A stretch of 64,000 bases of DNA from Lama guanicoe (taxonomy: Eukaryota): positions 10,489,175-10,553,174 of the forward strand of contig MU056000.1 in assembly GCA_013239625.1 (NCBI GenBank). The letters are read 5' to 3'. The position numbers and the translations under genes are program-made. The notes beneath the pieces were generated by a model. That model was not told the DNA's origin. It worked only from the letters and a program-made list of their open reading frames with translations, and did no database searches. Numbering within the stretch: the stretch's first letter is position 1; each line of letters begins with the position of its first letter. Shown piece by piece: positions 1 to 11,946 of the stretch.

Positions 1-3000
1 AGAGGGATGTGACTTCTGATGACGGCCGACTTTACTTTTTTTTTTTTTTTTCCTGGAATAGATGTTCCAATTTACTGTTTTATTTCATAGCGTAGTTGCT
101 TTTTCTTCCTATTTTTGTTGTCTTTGGCCATCTCATTCTCTTTTAAGTCTCATAAGAGAGCAAGGGGGAGTAAGGGAAAGAGGTGACAATAACTTCAAAT
201 GTCAACTTCTGAACGTCAACATCTTACGTTTTGGGCTTTCTTGCTTAATATGTGGGCAGTGGGGTTGCTTCTTGCTCTGTGATATTTTCTCAAGGGCTGG
301 AGCAGCCATGCTGCATTACATAAACATTGCTTATTATATAGTTTGCAATATGATGTGTGCACACCAGCTTTTACATGGTGATGTATGCAGCCTAATAGTT
401 GAGTGTAGATTTAAATAAATAAAGTAGTGCCTGAATTAAGTCGTCAAATAGTTTTTAAACCTTATGTTTTTCTGTCATTGGAGCCAGTCCCTTCTTCCCA
501 CCCAGAGAATTGGGTTTGCCCAGCACACGAATTGAGTAAAATCTTTGCACCTGGAAATATGAAACACTGTAAGATGCAGATATTTTGAGATAACTTGCAA
601 AGGCATTTAAATACATTCAGTAGATAGCAATTATGAATACAAATCATAGCCCAACTTCTGCAGCCATTGCTCACTCAGGCTGTGACTCTTTGAGGGGTGC
701 AGTGATGGGTACGGGAAGGGATGGCTCATTTCCTGGGCAGCTCTGTAGAATACTGATTCCTTTTGACTGAGATCACTGTGTTTTGGAAGGGAAATAGTGG
801 AGAAAAAAGACTTAAAAACCATATGGATAAGCTAGTTTCTAGATCTCTTTCCTTCCTTTTCTTTCTTTCCTTTTTTTCTTAGTTCACTTGAGAGCTGTGG
901 TTGGCTGGCATTCCTTGGACAAGCCATATGGATGGCTCACAAGATGACTTAGGGTTCCTTTTGAAGAAGTATTGGGCCAGACCACATTTTGTTGACTTTC
1001 TGGGGAACTCCTGCTGTCAGCAGGTCTCCTATACTCTGTCCCCTGCTCACTTGACCTGTACAATTGCAACTTATGCTGTGTCTACTTCTTGCTCTTAACT
1101 AAGCCAATACTACAGTCCTTGAGGATCAGAATGGTCCTGGGACATGGTTGGTGGCCAGGCTTGACATCCTTAGGAAATTGAGCAATGAGGCTGCTCCATC
1201 CGTGGTCCTTCTTTATCTGCCTGTCAGTGGGACAGGGCTTGAATCTGGGGTCCACAGGCTTGCTGTGTGTAGAAAGGAACATGTGTCTTTGTACCCCTCT
1301 GAAATTGAAGAAAGAATTATATGTATATTTATGTTTTTCTGGACTGAGATTCTGATGAAAGCTGTAGATTCTCCAAAGAGCTGTGAACAGCAGCTTGTTA
1401 AACCATTGTTCTCAGGTGTTGCTATTTGTACTATTGTGCAGATTTGTTTTCCCACCCATCTCACACCTTAGCAGCCTTAGAAGGCTATTTTTGGTGGGGT
1501 AACAGCTACACCCTCCTGCCCTTTCCCCCACCTGAGGGTAGAACCTGCTTCAGGGCTGGGATGTCTCTGAGAAACCTCATTGTGGAGGGTGTCACGTGGA
1601 GTAGCAATGATCCAGTCGTGGAAAGTCCACTTGTAGGAAGGAGGTGGAATCTTGGCCTGCGTGCCGGTACTTTCCTGCATTTGATGTGTTGTTCACTCAT
1701 CTATACAACCGCTAAGAGGTGAAGACAGGCTGGGTTAAGTGGTCTTTACTTTTCCTGTGCCTGTGTGGGATGGTGCATTGGTGTCACAGTGGTTGACACT
1801 GCCTCACCAGCACTGCCTGGGCCATTAGTCTTCTAGGACAGGCCAAGTTAAGCATGAACTGCAGCATTCAAGTCCAGAGAGCTGAACAAAGTCATACTCA
1901 ATTTAGCTTTTTCAGATAACTAAGGGGAACTTGGCGCAAATGTTCATAACGGTGAGTGATTAAAATGTTGTCTTGTTAGCTTTGCATATACGTTAGAATT
2001 GACTTTTTTCATATCATGTATATACTTGTATCAGAAATTGAAAAATTGACTTCACAGGAGTGTCTTCTGCTTCATGGAGCTCTGTGTTTTTAGCTTATAC
2101 TTTTGTTTTGGGAAATAGTATAATTTTGTCTATATGTAGTAAGCATTTTTAAATTAAGTTTTCAAACATCTGTTATGCAAGTCTTTGAACAGAAAGTGGA
2201 AGGTTATAATTTAGTATGCAAGGTCATGTAACTTACTCAATGATGTGTATTGTCTTAATATTAAGAATAAAGTATTTCATCTCTAAGAAAATGAGAGTTT
2301 GAAAATACACACTTTAAAATAACATGATGCTAAACCAGTAATTTTCTAAGTAGGAATTATTAGCATTTTGGTTTTAAAATTTGACTGTGTAATTGAGTAT
2401 GACTCACATGCCATGGTCCCCAAGAAATCAGGGCACATTTAAGACTTTGTCTTACTTTTCTACACTACTTTTCTAGTGATCTGTATGTTTTCTAGAAGGA
2501 AACTTTGCTATTGTGATCATTTGAGCCTGTGTACTTCAGTGGCCTCTTTTGTGCCAAATGCTGGTCACTCTTCACTCCCACCCCAACTTGACACACACAA
2601 AAGATTGCCAAGTTTCTGAAACTGGCCAGCATGGAGGAGTTTATCTTATCATGTAATAGCCCCTTTCCTTTCATTGTTTTGCCCTCTTCCCTTCCCATAA
2701 CAAAAATTTAAACCTCTAGCTATTTTAGATTCCCAACTGTGAATCTAATTTTGTTCTCTTGTTGTTTCAGTTTTAATATTTTGCTACTTAAAAAAGTTAA
2801 AGCAAAAATTTATTCAGTGAAGTATTTTCTTAAATAAAGGGTTTTTAAAATTTTTCTTGTTTTCACAGACCTTTCTGGCTTTCCAGCTGATTGTCCTTAT
2901 GTTGGATGTGTTTCATTTTGGCTGTTAAATGTCTACTCTTCTGACCATATCAATTGAATTTTATTGCTTGAACCTATAACTTATCCTCTCTCCAAGGAAA

Positions 3001-3539
3001 CACAGCTTTAGGATCATTTTCAAAGTGGCCTTTAAAGGCCATATTACAGTTTCCCTGGTGGCCCTGGCAAGTTAGCAGATGTCCTTGGTTACATGTCCTT
3101 GGTGAATGGCCATGGACAAACAAGTAAGCAAACATTTGTGCATGGGATCAGAATGAAATCTAGTTGTGGCTGAAGTAATTTGAATATACTCTGGGCCTCC
3201 CATTCATCAGTTTCTGCTTTAATTTGTTTGTATGTCTTCAATCACTACTTTTTTTATTTCCAGTAATCTTCCTTTCTGCTCTGTCTTCCCTTTGGCTTCT
3301 TATGTTGACTTCGTTTTATTCCTCTCCTGTTGGTCTCTGGGAATTCGTGTTTGCGGCTGTACACAGAGATGCTTGTTCAGAGAGCCTCTTCTTGGGCACT
3401 GGTGTTGCCGTTGCACTTTGGCTATTTTGTGGATTAGACAGAAGGAGGACAAGAGTGGAGGCAGAGACGCATGCCCACAGCCACAGAATTTGCTTGAAGT
3501 AACATGTTTATGGACAAATAGATTCATAGTCTGTTAGAA

Positions 3540-3660
3540 CTAAGAATTGGAAGAGGAACCTTGCAGGTTATTTAGATCTCGTCCGGTCTTCTCATTTTGA
3601 AGATGAGAAAACTGAGGCCAAGATTAGGGAAATGGCTTCCACAAAGACATGCTTCTGATA
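3540..3660 (-). mobile_element. MIR SINE fragment
   Basis: cattttgaagatgagaaaactgaggc matches the antisense MIR core. Confidence 0.75.
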
Positions 3661-4069
3661 ATGATAGGAAAATAATTCACTTAAATGCCTGTTTTACAGG
3701 ATCAGAATTTCTCTCCTACTTGATAAAGCTAGGAAGGAGGTCAAAAGATATCATCAAACTATTAAAAGAAGAACTAACACATTTAGTCACTTTTTATTTT
3801 AGGCGTTTGATGTATAGTTCCTGTGAATCTGGTTTCTGTTTGCTTTTAACCCTGGCACAGGCTCCATGGTTGACATCACACCTTTTACTTGAAATCTCAC
3901 TGGGGTTAGAGCACATGGAAAGTACCTTTTCCCTAATACGGCCCCTCAACCCCACAACTTGAAAAAAAATATATCACCTTTATTTAGAGATTTTGAAAAA
4001 AGGGAGTAAGAAATGATCTTTGGGCGAATTTTGCATCACTACTCTGCACGCATGGATATAGGATGAGCG

Positions 4070-4270
4070 TTATTAAGACTAGCTAACTTTTTTGAGTGCT
4101 AAGTAATTTGTGTGTCTATTTTCACAGGAGTCTCTTGAGGTGAGTACTGTCCTTTTTACAGGTGATTAAATTTAGGCACTGAGAAGTATAGTCACTTTAG
4201 TTCCATGGTCATACATATGGGTGATGAGGGCTGGAATGAGGAGTGGTTGAGCCCTGACACTCCGACTCCA
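4070..4270 (-). mobile_element. MIR SINE (diverged)
   Basis: gaggtgagtact...ttttacaggtga...ggcactgagaagt...gtcact...atggtcataca follows the antisense MIR layout. Confidence 0.6.
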
Positions 4271-5823
4271 GCCTTGGCACTCGACAGTGAGCTCACCCAC
4301 ACAGCACGTGCCCTGGTGCGGTGGGCGGTGAGCCACCCATGCAGAGGGCATAGATGGAGCCAGTCACAGGTGTAAAAGCACAGGTTAGTGTTGGCCAAGT
4401 GTTTGGACTGAAGTGCGGGTGTGTATATCTGAATCACAGAATACAGGCTAGCGTGGCGGGTTAGGTCCAGATTTAGACGTCCCTGCTAATTTGGGAGCCT
4501 TTGAAGGGTTTCAGAGGGTGGAGGGCCTGGGATGCGTTAGACTCCACACCTCAGCCTGCCTCTCTCGGCGCCCCTTCTTCGTCTGTCTCTTGCTCCCTCT
4601 CACCCCTTCCCCTCCCCAGCTGTGCGAAGCTGTGCACTAGGCGCTGGGGTGCTAAGGGAATTGAGGACAGGAGTATCTTGAGTCATTCACTTAATTTCTT
4701 ATTTTGTATTAACTTATTAACTCATCCTTTCAGGTTCCGTTGTGCCTGGAGCCTTCCATCCTGGGTGAGGTTTGGGGGTGTGCTGGCATGGGGAGGGAGT
4801 ATAGGGAATTGGGGGTCGGATCTCTCCTTACGTGTGCGTCAGCCAGTTTCCTTGTTTTCAGCTCTGGGTGTCCCCTGTACCCTCTGAAGTTCTTGGCATC
4901 CCGAGTTCCTGAGGCTTTCTGGGACCCTGCAGGGTCCACTGGTCTTCCCTTCCAGCAGGTGCCCCTCCATCACTCACTGCCCCTCCTTCCGCTTCTGGAC
5001 TGTTTGGGCTTTCACATATCTTGTGGTCTCAGCAAAGATAGAATTGGCATTTCTGTTTCTCATCATTGTCATGTTGTGGTGTATTCTTGAAAAGGAAGCA
5101 TCTTAAAACTCAGGAGTCCTGCTTTTCATCCTTGTCCAGCGCCCAGTGGGGTTTTCTCCCTTTCTAGTACTCTGTAGGTCCTTGTTAGGTCACGAAATGA
5201 GCCTGGAGGCTCTTTAGGGAGCCGTCGTGTAAGGCCCTGTGGAGGTATGTGGGGCAGCGGGAATGTGCTCACGGAAGGCAGGTGGCTGCTTGCTTGTAGG
5301 GGTCCCGGGGGAGGAGGCGGAGCCGTGGGGAGGTTTGTAGGTTTGGGGACTTGTAATAATTGATGTTCCCCTGTCCTTATTTTTGGAGTAGCTATTGTAA
5401 AATTTACCTGTGACACACTAAAGTTGGTCATTGGCCTGCACGCCTATATAAATACTTTTATTAGCACTATCTCCATTCTTGGAGCTTGAAGAATCATGGC
5501 ACAGCTTCACTGATAAGACATGTGCTTAGGTGCTTACCTATGTGGTTGAGACATTAATAGATGTTAAATTAAAATGGTTTCAGAGCCTTGTAGCCAGTGA
5601 AGTGGCATAAAATGTCTCATTTAAAGTAAAAAACCTCTGAATTAGAATGCTAGAAACATGAGTCTAAGATAAAAGACCCATATTTTATCAGATTGTCATC
5701 ATGTAATGTGAAAAAGTTAAACTTTACATGTCTTACACATTTTTTAGGCAGCTGCATATTGTGATAAGAGGGAAAATGTCAGTGCAACAAGTTTTTGAAA
5801 TGTCTAATTTGGTGTGATTTCAG

Positions 5824-5900
5824 CGAAGAGGACATGTATCGTGACGCGGATGAAATAGAAAAGGAGAAAGAATTACTTATACATGAAAGAGGGTCATCAG
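5824..5900 (+). CDS. OTULIN: OTULIN coding exon 2 (77 bp), contains the PUB-interacting motif (PIM)
   Basis: tttcag|C GAA GAG GAC ATG TAT... translates to EEDMYRDADEIEKEKELLIHERGSS; donor CAG|gtatgt; matches the OTULIN N-terminal region. Confidence 0.97.
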
Positions 5901-7209
5901 GTATGTTTGGAATTGTTTTATGTATAGAGTTCTTACCGTTTATAGTAGAAAATGCAGTTAAATCAATATATCCATTTTCATAAAATACTGAGATGTACTT
6001 CCTCGGAAGTGGTCTTATGCATGTGGTCTTACCTGCATCAGATTATTCGCTTACTGACATATGTTTGGGAAATACTGTTTCCTAAGGTTTTCAGATTTTA
6101 ATGCAAGTATGTTCCCTGTGTGTTCTTGACATTCAAGTCATTTTTGCACCTGTAAGGATTTGGTTAATCTCTTGACAGCACTCTCTCACAGTTCTTGATT
6201 TCCTTATATTCTTGGACAGTTTGGGTTTGAAGTGCGTTTTTCAATTCTAGTGGAAGGCCTTATTGAGAAGCTGGCTCTCTGGGTCTTTGCGTGCAGATGG
6301 CCATGTGAATTTGATTAACTTACAGAAAGAACAGTCATGAGATTGACCGCACTAATTCTCTTATCGTTTCATGATTCTGTGCGCATGTTTCTGTTCAGTC
6401 ATGCCTGCTCTGCTCACCCCTACCGGGACCCGTTGACCCATTGCAGCTCCAGGGAGCCACCCCTCCTGACCGCCCCTGCTGTGGGCACGGCCGGCAGCAG
6501 GACTGTGTGTGGAGGGCCTCCTCACTTCCCTGCCAGCCTCGTGCGGGAGCCGAGGGAGGATGCTCCAACATGGGACACGCCATAGACGATCCACAGGTGG
6601 CGTGTTCTTGCACATCACCCGTGTAACGTGTGTGTTCGACTGGTTTGTTTTAAGGACCAGCTCCTGTTTATTTTATGGTTAACAAAATATTTTACATATA
6701 ATTAGGAATGCAAGGTACAGAGTGGGGTTTTTGATAGTAATTTTTGAGTCTTGCTCACAAGGAGCTGGAGGAGCTCTTCACCGCGGCAGCCCCGGGAGAT
6801 GTCCTTTGTGGTGGTCCAGCTGAGTGTGTCCGGGCCATGCCGCCGTGGTCCTCCGTGGCCTTCAGAGGAGGCTCGCTTCCCCCGCTGCAGCTGCACACAC
6901 TTCCCCTCGGACTCGGTCCTGAGTCATGTTCCTGAGGAGAAATTGCTTCCTCAGCCATTGCTCCTTCCTGCCGCCTTTGCGGGGCCTCCCGCTCTGTCGC
7001 ACGCCGCAGGCTCCCGGCGGGGTCCTCTCCTGTCCACCAGGGAGGCCCGAGGCAGGGCTCTGGCCTTTCAGCGGCCGGCTCACGCCCAGCCTTGGTCCGA
7101 GGCTCCAGTGCATCCCTTTACACTGCGCCTCGGTCCTTCTGGGCTCCCCACCCTTCCTGAGACAACATCCTGTGGACGGGCCTCGGGGCGGGGGGGAGCT
7201 CTGTCTGTT

Positions 7210-8200
7210 AGAAAATGTCTTTATTTCACTTTCTTTCTGGAATAACCGCAGAAGAGTAGTTGTTTTCTCTAATTTGTTTGAAGATTGTATTCCATTGTCT
7301 TCTGGTTTCCTTGTAGTTGAAAATGCTGCAGTCAGTCTGATCCTTAATCTGTAAGTAAGGTCATCTGTCTTTCCTCCTTCTTGTTGTCTGGTGTCCTGCG
7401 GTTTCTCCTTGATGTCTCTAAGTATGGCTTTTAAAAAATTTTTATTTTAACATTTTACTTGGGATTTTTTTTTTTACTTTTTGAATCTGAGAATGCCTAT
7501 TTTCATCAATTCAGGACAAGTCTCAGCCATTATTTTTCTGAATGTTGCCTTTTTCCTATTCTATTTACTCCTTGTAGAGCTCTAATAAGGTGTTTGCTAG
7601 CTCTCATTCAGTCATCCAGGGCCCTCAGTTACACACCCTTTCATATGTATTTTCTGATTTTTAGTCTCTGTTGCATTCTGGACAGTTCCTTCAGAAATTT
7701 TTCCTTTGTTTTTTTGAAAAGTTATTTTCCCTCCATATTTGCCTAGTCTTCTTTTTTTTTGGATAATGTATTGCTCTTTGCTTAGGTTTTTATTCCTTTT
7801 ATTTCTTAAGGCTTTCTAAACATACTCCTTGGGCCTGATAATTCCACTGTCTGAAAATCCTGGCGGGTCTAATTATGCCAATTGCTATTTTTGCTTATTT
7901 CTTGTTTCTTCAAAGTTTGGATTGTAACCCCAGCTTCTGTGTATCCGTGCAGAGTTTGTGCAACCTGGCTTGAGTGTGAGAGAATTTGGCCTTGTTTCTG
8001 CCAGGCACCCAGGGCCACTTTCTATTCATTTCTAAGCTTGGGTTTCCAGGGCCTTGCAGCTGTTGTGAATTCACACCCTGTTCCTGCATGAGAGCCGGCC
8101 TGTGGGTATGAATTCTTAGGGGAGACTTCCTCTCTCCCCAGGTCAGAGCCCAGGCCAAGGCATAAAGTTTTCTTATGCTCCCTCTTTGTTAGTGAAGAGG
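7210..8200 (-). mobile_element. Old L1/HAL1 (ORF1-region) fragment
   Basis: ttccattgtcttctgg...cagtcagtctgat...tttcatcaattcagga...tctcagccattattt resembles antisense L1M/HAL1. Confidence 0.6.
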
Positions 8201-8224
8201 GTTTTTTTTCACCTCGTTGAGAAA

Positions 8225-8426
8225 TCAGTGGACTATGGCTTTCCGGCAGAATTTGACATGCCACCTGTTTCTGTAAATAAAATGTTGTTGGAACCTTTTA
8301 GTTTGCATATTGCCCATGGTGATATTCACACATGGTAAAGTTGAGTAGCTGTGACCAACCTTACAGTTCTCGAAGCCAACATTATTTACTCTGTGGCCCA
8401 TTACGGGAAGAGCCTGTGATTCTTGC
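8225..8426 (+). mobile_element. MER58A-like hAT-Charlie MITE
   Basis: cctgtttctgtaaataaaatgttgttggaac...gttgagtagctgtgac...tatttactctgtggccc resembles the MER58A consensus. Confidence 0.75.
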
Positions 8427-9599
8427 CCGAGCCTCTTGGTGGAGAGTCTGTGTGTTCTGCAGAGGTTCAGTTTTAACTCCCCACCCTCCGAGGGTCTGAA
8501 TCCTTGTCTTTGTCACCACGTGGTGGTTAAGGCACACACCTCTTGGTTATTTCAGCTTCTAGTTACCACAGTGATTTTCAGCTTCCCCCCCTTTTGTTTG
8601 CTTGTTTGTTTGTTTTTAAGGTTTTGGGGCCATTAGAAGTGTTAGTAATCAGAGCCTGTGTTGTATGCAGTTTAACAAAGAAGGGACCTGTGGTATACTT
8701 TAAGCCACTTGAGGTCAAGCACTGCCTGTCCCGCGCCTCCAGCTGCTGGCCTGGAGGCCGGCACATAGTGGCTGCTGGAGTCGTCCTCCTGAAGAACCAC
8801 AGGGGGATGGGAATAAAAGTACACTTTTGATGGTGGCAGCTGTGCAAGTACCCGTTTCCCCACCCTGACTGCCTCACACAGGCGTCTGAGTCAGCATAGG
8901 ATTGCAGCCTGTGGCGTGGCCTCTTTGCCTGGCGGGGCCCCCGGCCTCCTCGGTCCTGAGCTGGTGGGGCCTGCTTTGCCCTGCCCAGAGGCCAGGTCTT
9001 GTCCCGGTGTGCACAGGAGAGAGGGCTGCGGTGAGGGGAGCGGGAAGGCTGGGCTTGCTTCCCAGGAGGCTCTCGCTGAGCCAGCGATGTGCTCTGCCTG
9101 GTGGGAGAGACTGGCCCAGTACATGTCCTGGACTCGGGCGTTGTGGGGAGGTAAGTGGAAAGGCAGATAAAAGGGAACTCTTCCCTCCACCGAGAAGACA
9201 CTCAGAAAGTGTTTCCTGACTTTCAACGATGGCTGGTCTTTATTTGAAGGTTGGCTGTGCGGTGTTGGTATTTGTGGTTTCCATGTATTTTGCTTCAGGG
9301 GTCTGTTTCACCTTTAAGCCAATCCTGACTTACACCACAGATAAATGTATTTATGGTATCTGTATATGTGTTATTTTCCCCTTTGTATAAAAGATTTATT
9401 TTCCTTATGAAGGCATTTACTATGAGTGTTTTAAAGATAGGCCGTTCTTACATTTTGTGTTTAAAAAATAATTGATTAACCTGAAGTGCAGGAAGGTCTC
9501 AGGGCTCCTCATGGGCCCCTCAGTCAGCCGTCCCCGCGTCCATCACCCTCAGTGGTGATGCCTGGAGTCCCTTTCTCTTCAGTAGTCCATACCCCATTC

Positions 9600-9700
9600 A
9601 GGGCAGAATCTGGGGCTTTATCGTCTTCGCAGCCCCTGGTCCTAGCTCAAAGCTTGGCACACATTAGACATACAGTAAGTATTTGTTGAGTTGAGCCGAA
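9600..9700 (+). mobile_element. L2 3' end fragment
   Basis: cctagctcaaagcttggcacacattagacatacagtaagtatttgttgagttga. Confidence 0.6.
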
Positions 9701-10239
9701 TATAACATTTTAATTTTAGGTACAACTTCCTCCTAAGTAAATATGTTGTAAGGAACTTGTGTGTTTATATCCTAATTTCTTTGCTAACATTTACTTCTTC
9801 AATATTTTAAAAAGGAAGTCAAGACATGCCTGAGAATTTACATCTCTTTCTTCCTAAAACACACACACGGTTGTATGCATGTGCGTGCATATGCGTATAC
9901 CACAAAGTCAAAACCCAACTTTGTGTTAAACAAGGAAAACCTAAAGGCCAATTTTTTTTTACCATATCATTTGTTTGATCATAAGTTGTATTTTTAATTT
10001 TGGAGGATGTGTTGTTAGAGTCAAAGTCTGTCCAACTCACGTTGAGCGCTGCATTAATTTCTGGCTGATTATCAACAACTTACAGCCTTTTGGGATCAGG
10101 ACAGGATATAACTGGATATAAGTAAATAAAGATAATTAAATACACCTTTTAAATAGAGGTGTTATCTCTTTGTATAATGGATGCAAAGAACTAATGACAG
10201 ATCATTAGATGTGTCTTCTCACAGCTCAGACTGCTGCAT

Positions 10240-10880
10240 GTCTAATTGGAACAGTATTCATGGATACCTGGGTCAGTGTGATTGTAGGTGCTGAGGGCAC
10301 AGCCAAGAAACAAAACAAGCCCCTGCCCTCAAGGAGCTCATGTTTTGCTGTGTGTGTGTGTGTGTGTAAGGGTGTGGGGGGAGGCGGGGTACAGAATGAG
10401 AAATATGACAGGCATCGATCAGTGCCAAGAAGAAAAACAAAACCGTGTAAGGGGAATAGAGTGAAGGTGTGTGTGTGATGTTTTGATATCGGGTGTCAGT
10501 GTCAGAGGTGAGCAGAGAGCTCAGGGAGTGAGGGGCAAGTACCTTGCAGGTAGGCCCAAAGCCGTCAGCGTGAGGAGTGGTGGGAGCTGAGGCCTGAGAG
10601 GCAGTGGGGCGCCGGGGCAGGGGGCCCTTGTAGGTAGTGAGGGAGAGGAATCCGAGTGTGGTGGCAGGCCCTAGAGCCCAGCACTGATGGGTAACGTCTG
10701 ACTTATGTTTTAAGTGCATCGCTCTGGCTGCTGTGTGGAGAGTGGTCTGTAGGATGTGGTGACGGGGAGCCCCATTGGGCGACCTCTGTGGTTATCCAGG
10801 AGGTGATGGAGGTCTGGACCAGAGGGTAGGCAGTGGTGGGATCCTGGCTTTTTTTGGGGAATGAAATGAGAGAGGAAGTA
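10240..10880 (-). mobile_element. L2 LINE fragment with (TG)9 microsatellite at 10349-10366
   Basis: taggtgctgagggcacagc...cccctgccctcaaggagctca...ctctggctgctgtgtggaga...tccaggaggtgatgg is typical antisense L2. Confidence 0.75.
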
Positions 10881-10970
10881 ACCTTCAAGTAAAGCAGTGC
10901 CATTATTCTGCTTATGCTTTGGTTTCATTATTTCCCCCTCCCCCATCCACTTTTTTTGATTCTTTACCAG

Positions 10971-11065
10971 AACCCAGATTAAGTGTCGCTCCTGAAATGG
11001 ACATCATGGACTACTGCAAAAAAGAGTGGAGGGGAAATACGCAAAAAGCAACATGTATGAAAAAG
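10971..11065 (+). CDS. OTULIN: OTULIN coding exon 3 (95 bp)
   Basis: ttaccag|AA CCC AGA... translates to (E)[31 protein letters not shown]; donor AAG|gtacga; phase fits exon 2. Confidence 0.98.
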
Positions 11066-11745
11066 GTACGATGCCTGGGTGCCTGTATTTCGAGTCTTTC
11101 CAGTAGTCTATCATAAATATTTAATACGTCCTTTTTTATTTTTAGACATTGGTGATGACAGCTGCTATTACACTGTATAAATATTGGTGTTCTAATATTA
11201 GAGATGAGGAAACAGGCTCCAAAGATAAGGGATTTATTTGGAATAACAGTATTAATACAGAATCATCATCAGTAACTTGATTTCTTTGAAAAACTCTTAA
11301 ATAACTCTGTCCTGTTCAGAATTGGGTGAGCCATTGGTGGTCCTCCAGGGGTCATTTGGTAATGCCTTTCTGACCTGGTAAGGTAAAAGCCTCAGATGTC
11401 ATACGTCTGCTGTCCTCACCCGGGTTTGTATTCATGTCCTTCAGTCCTCCACAGCCTAAGCAGAGGGATCTGGAACTGCTTCCTTTATTTAGGGCATCCC
11501 AGGGTCTGCCCTCTTTCAGTCCCATTGCATAGATTGGTGACCCTAAAGTTGTCCCTCCAAGGCTGTGGGACGTCAGGGATTCCCATGACATGGTTCTCTT
11601 GTTCCTGTGACCAGGCTGGGTCATTGCTCAAGTCAGACCCCTTGACCCACTTGTACTGCGCGGCCATCTGAGCAGCACACCCTGTTGGTTTCCTGTCAGA
11701 CGTATCCTGAATCCAGCGTTCCTTTGTAGGGTGAAACTGCTGCTG

Positions 11746-11946
11746 CAGCTGACCCTTGAACAACATGGGTCTGAACCGCGCAGGCCCACGTGAACATGGG
11801 TTTTTTTCACTAAATATGTAGCAGTACTCCACTGTATGCAGATGTGGAACCATGGACTTGGAGGGCCTGCGGTCAAGTTATACGTAGATTTTTGGTGGAG
11901 TTGGGGGCCAGCACCCCTAACCCCTGAGTTGTTCGAGAATTGACTG
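11746..11946. mobile_element. Tigger2-derived MITE (MER8-like)
   Basis: Terminal inverted repeats cagctgacccttgaacaac ... gttgttcgagaattgactg, followed by TA. Confidence 0.8.

Noticed and set aside
8578..9201. Longest ORF in the track (207 aa) and overlapping ORFs at 6751-7354
   Set aside because: GC-rich intronic sequence with few stops; no recognisable domain or splice structure.
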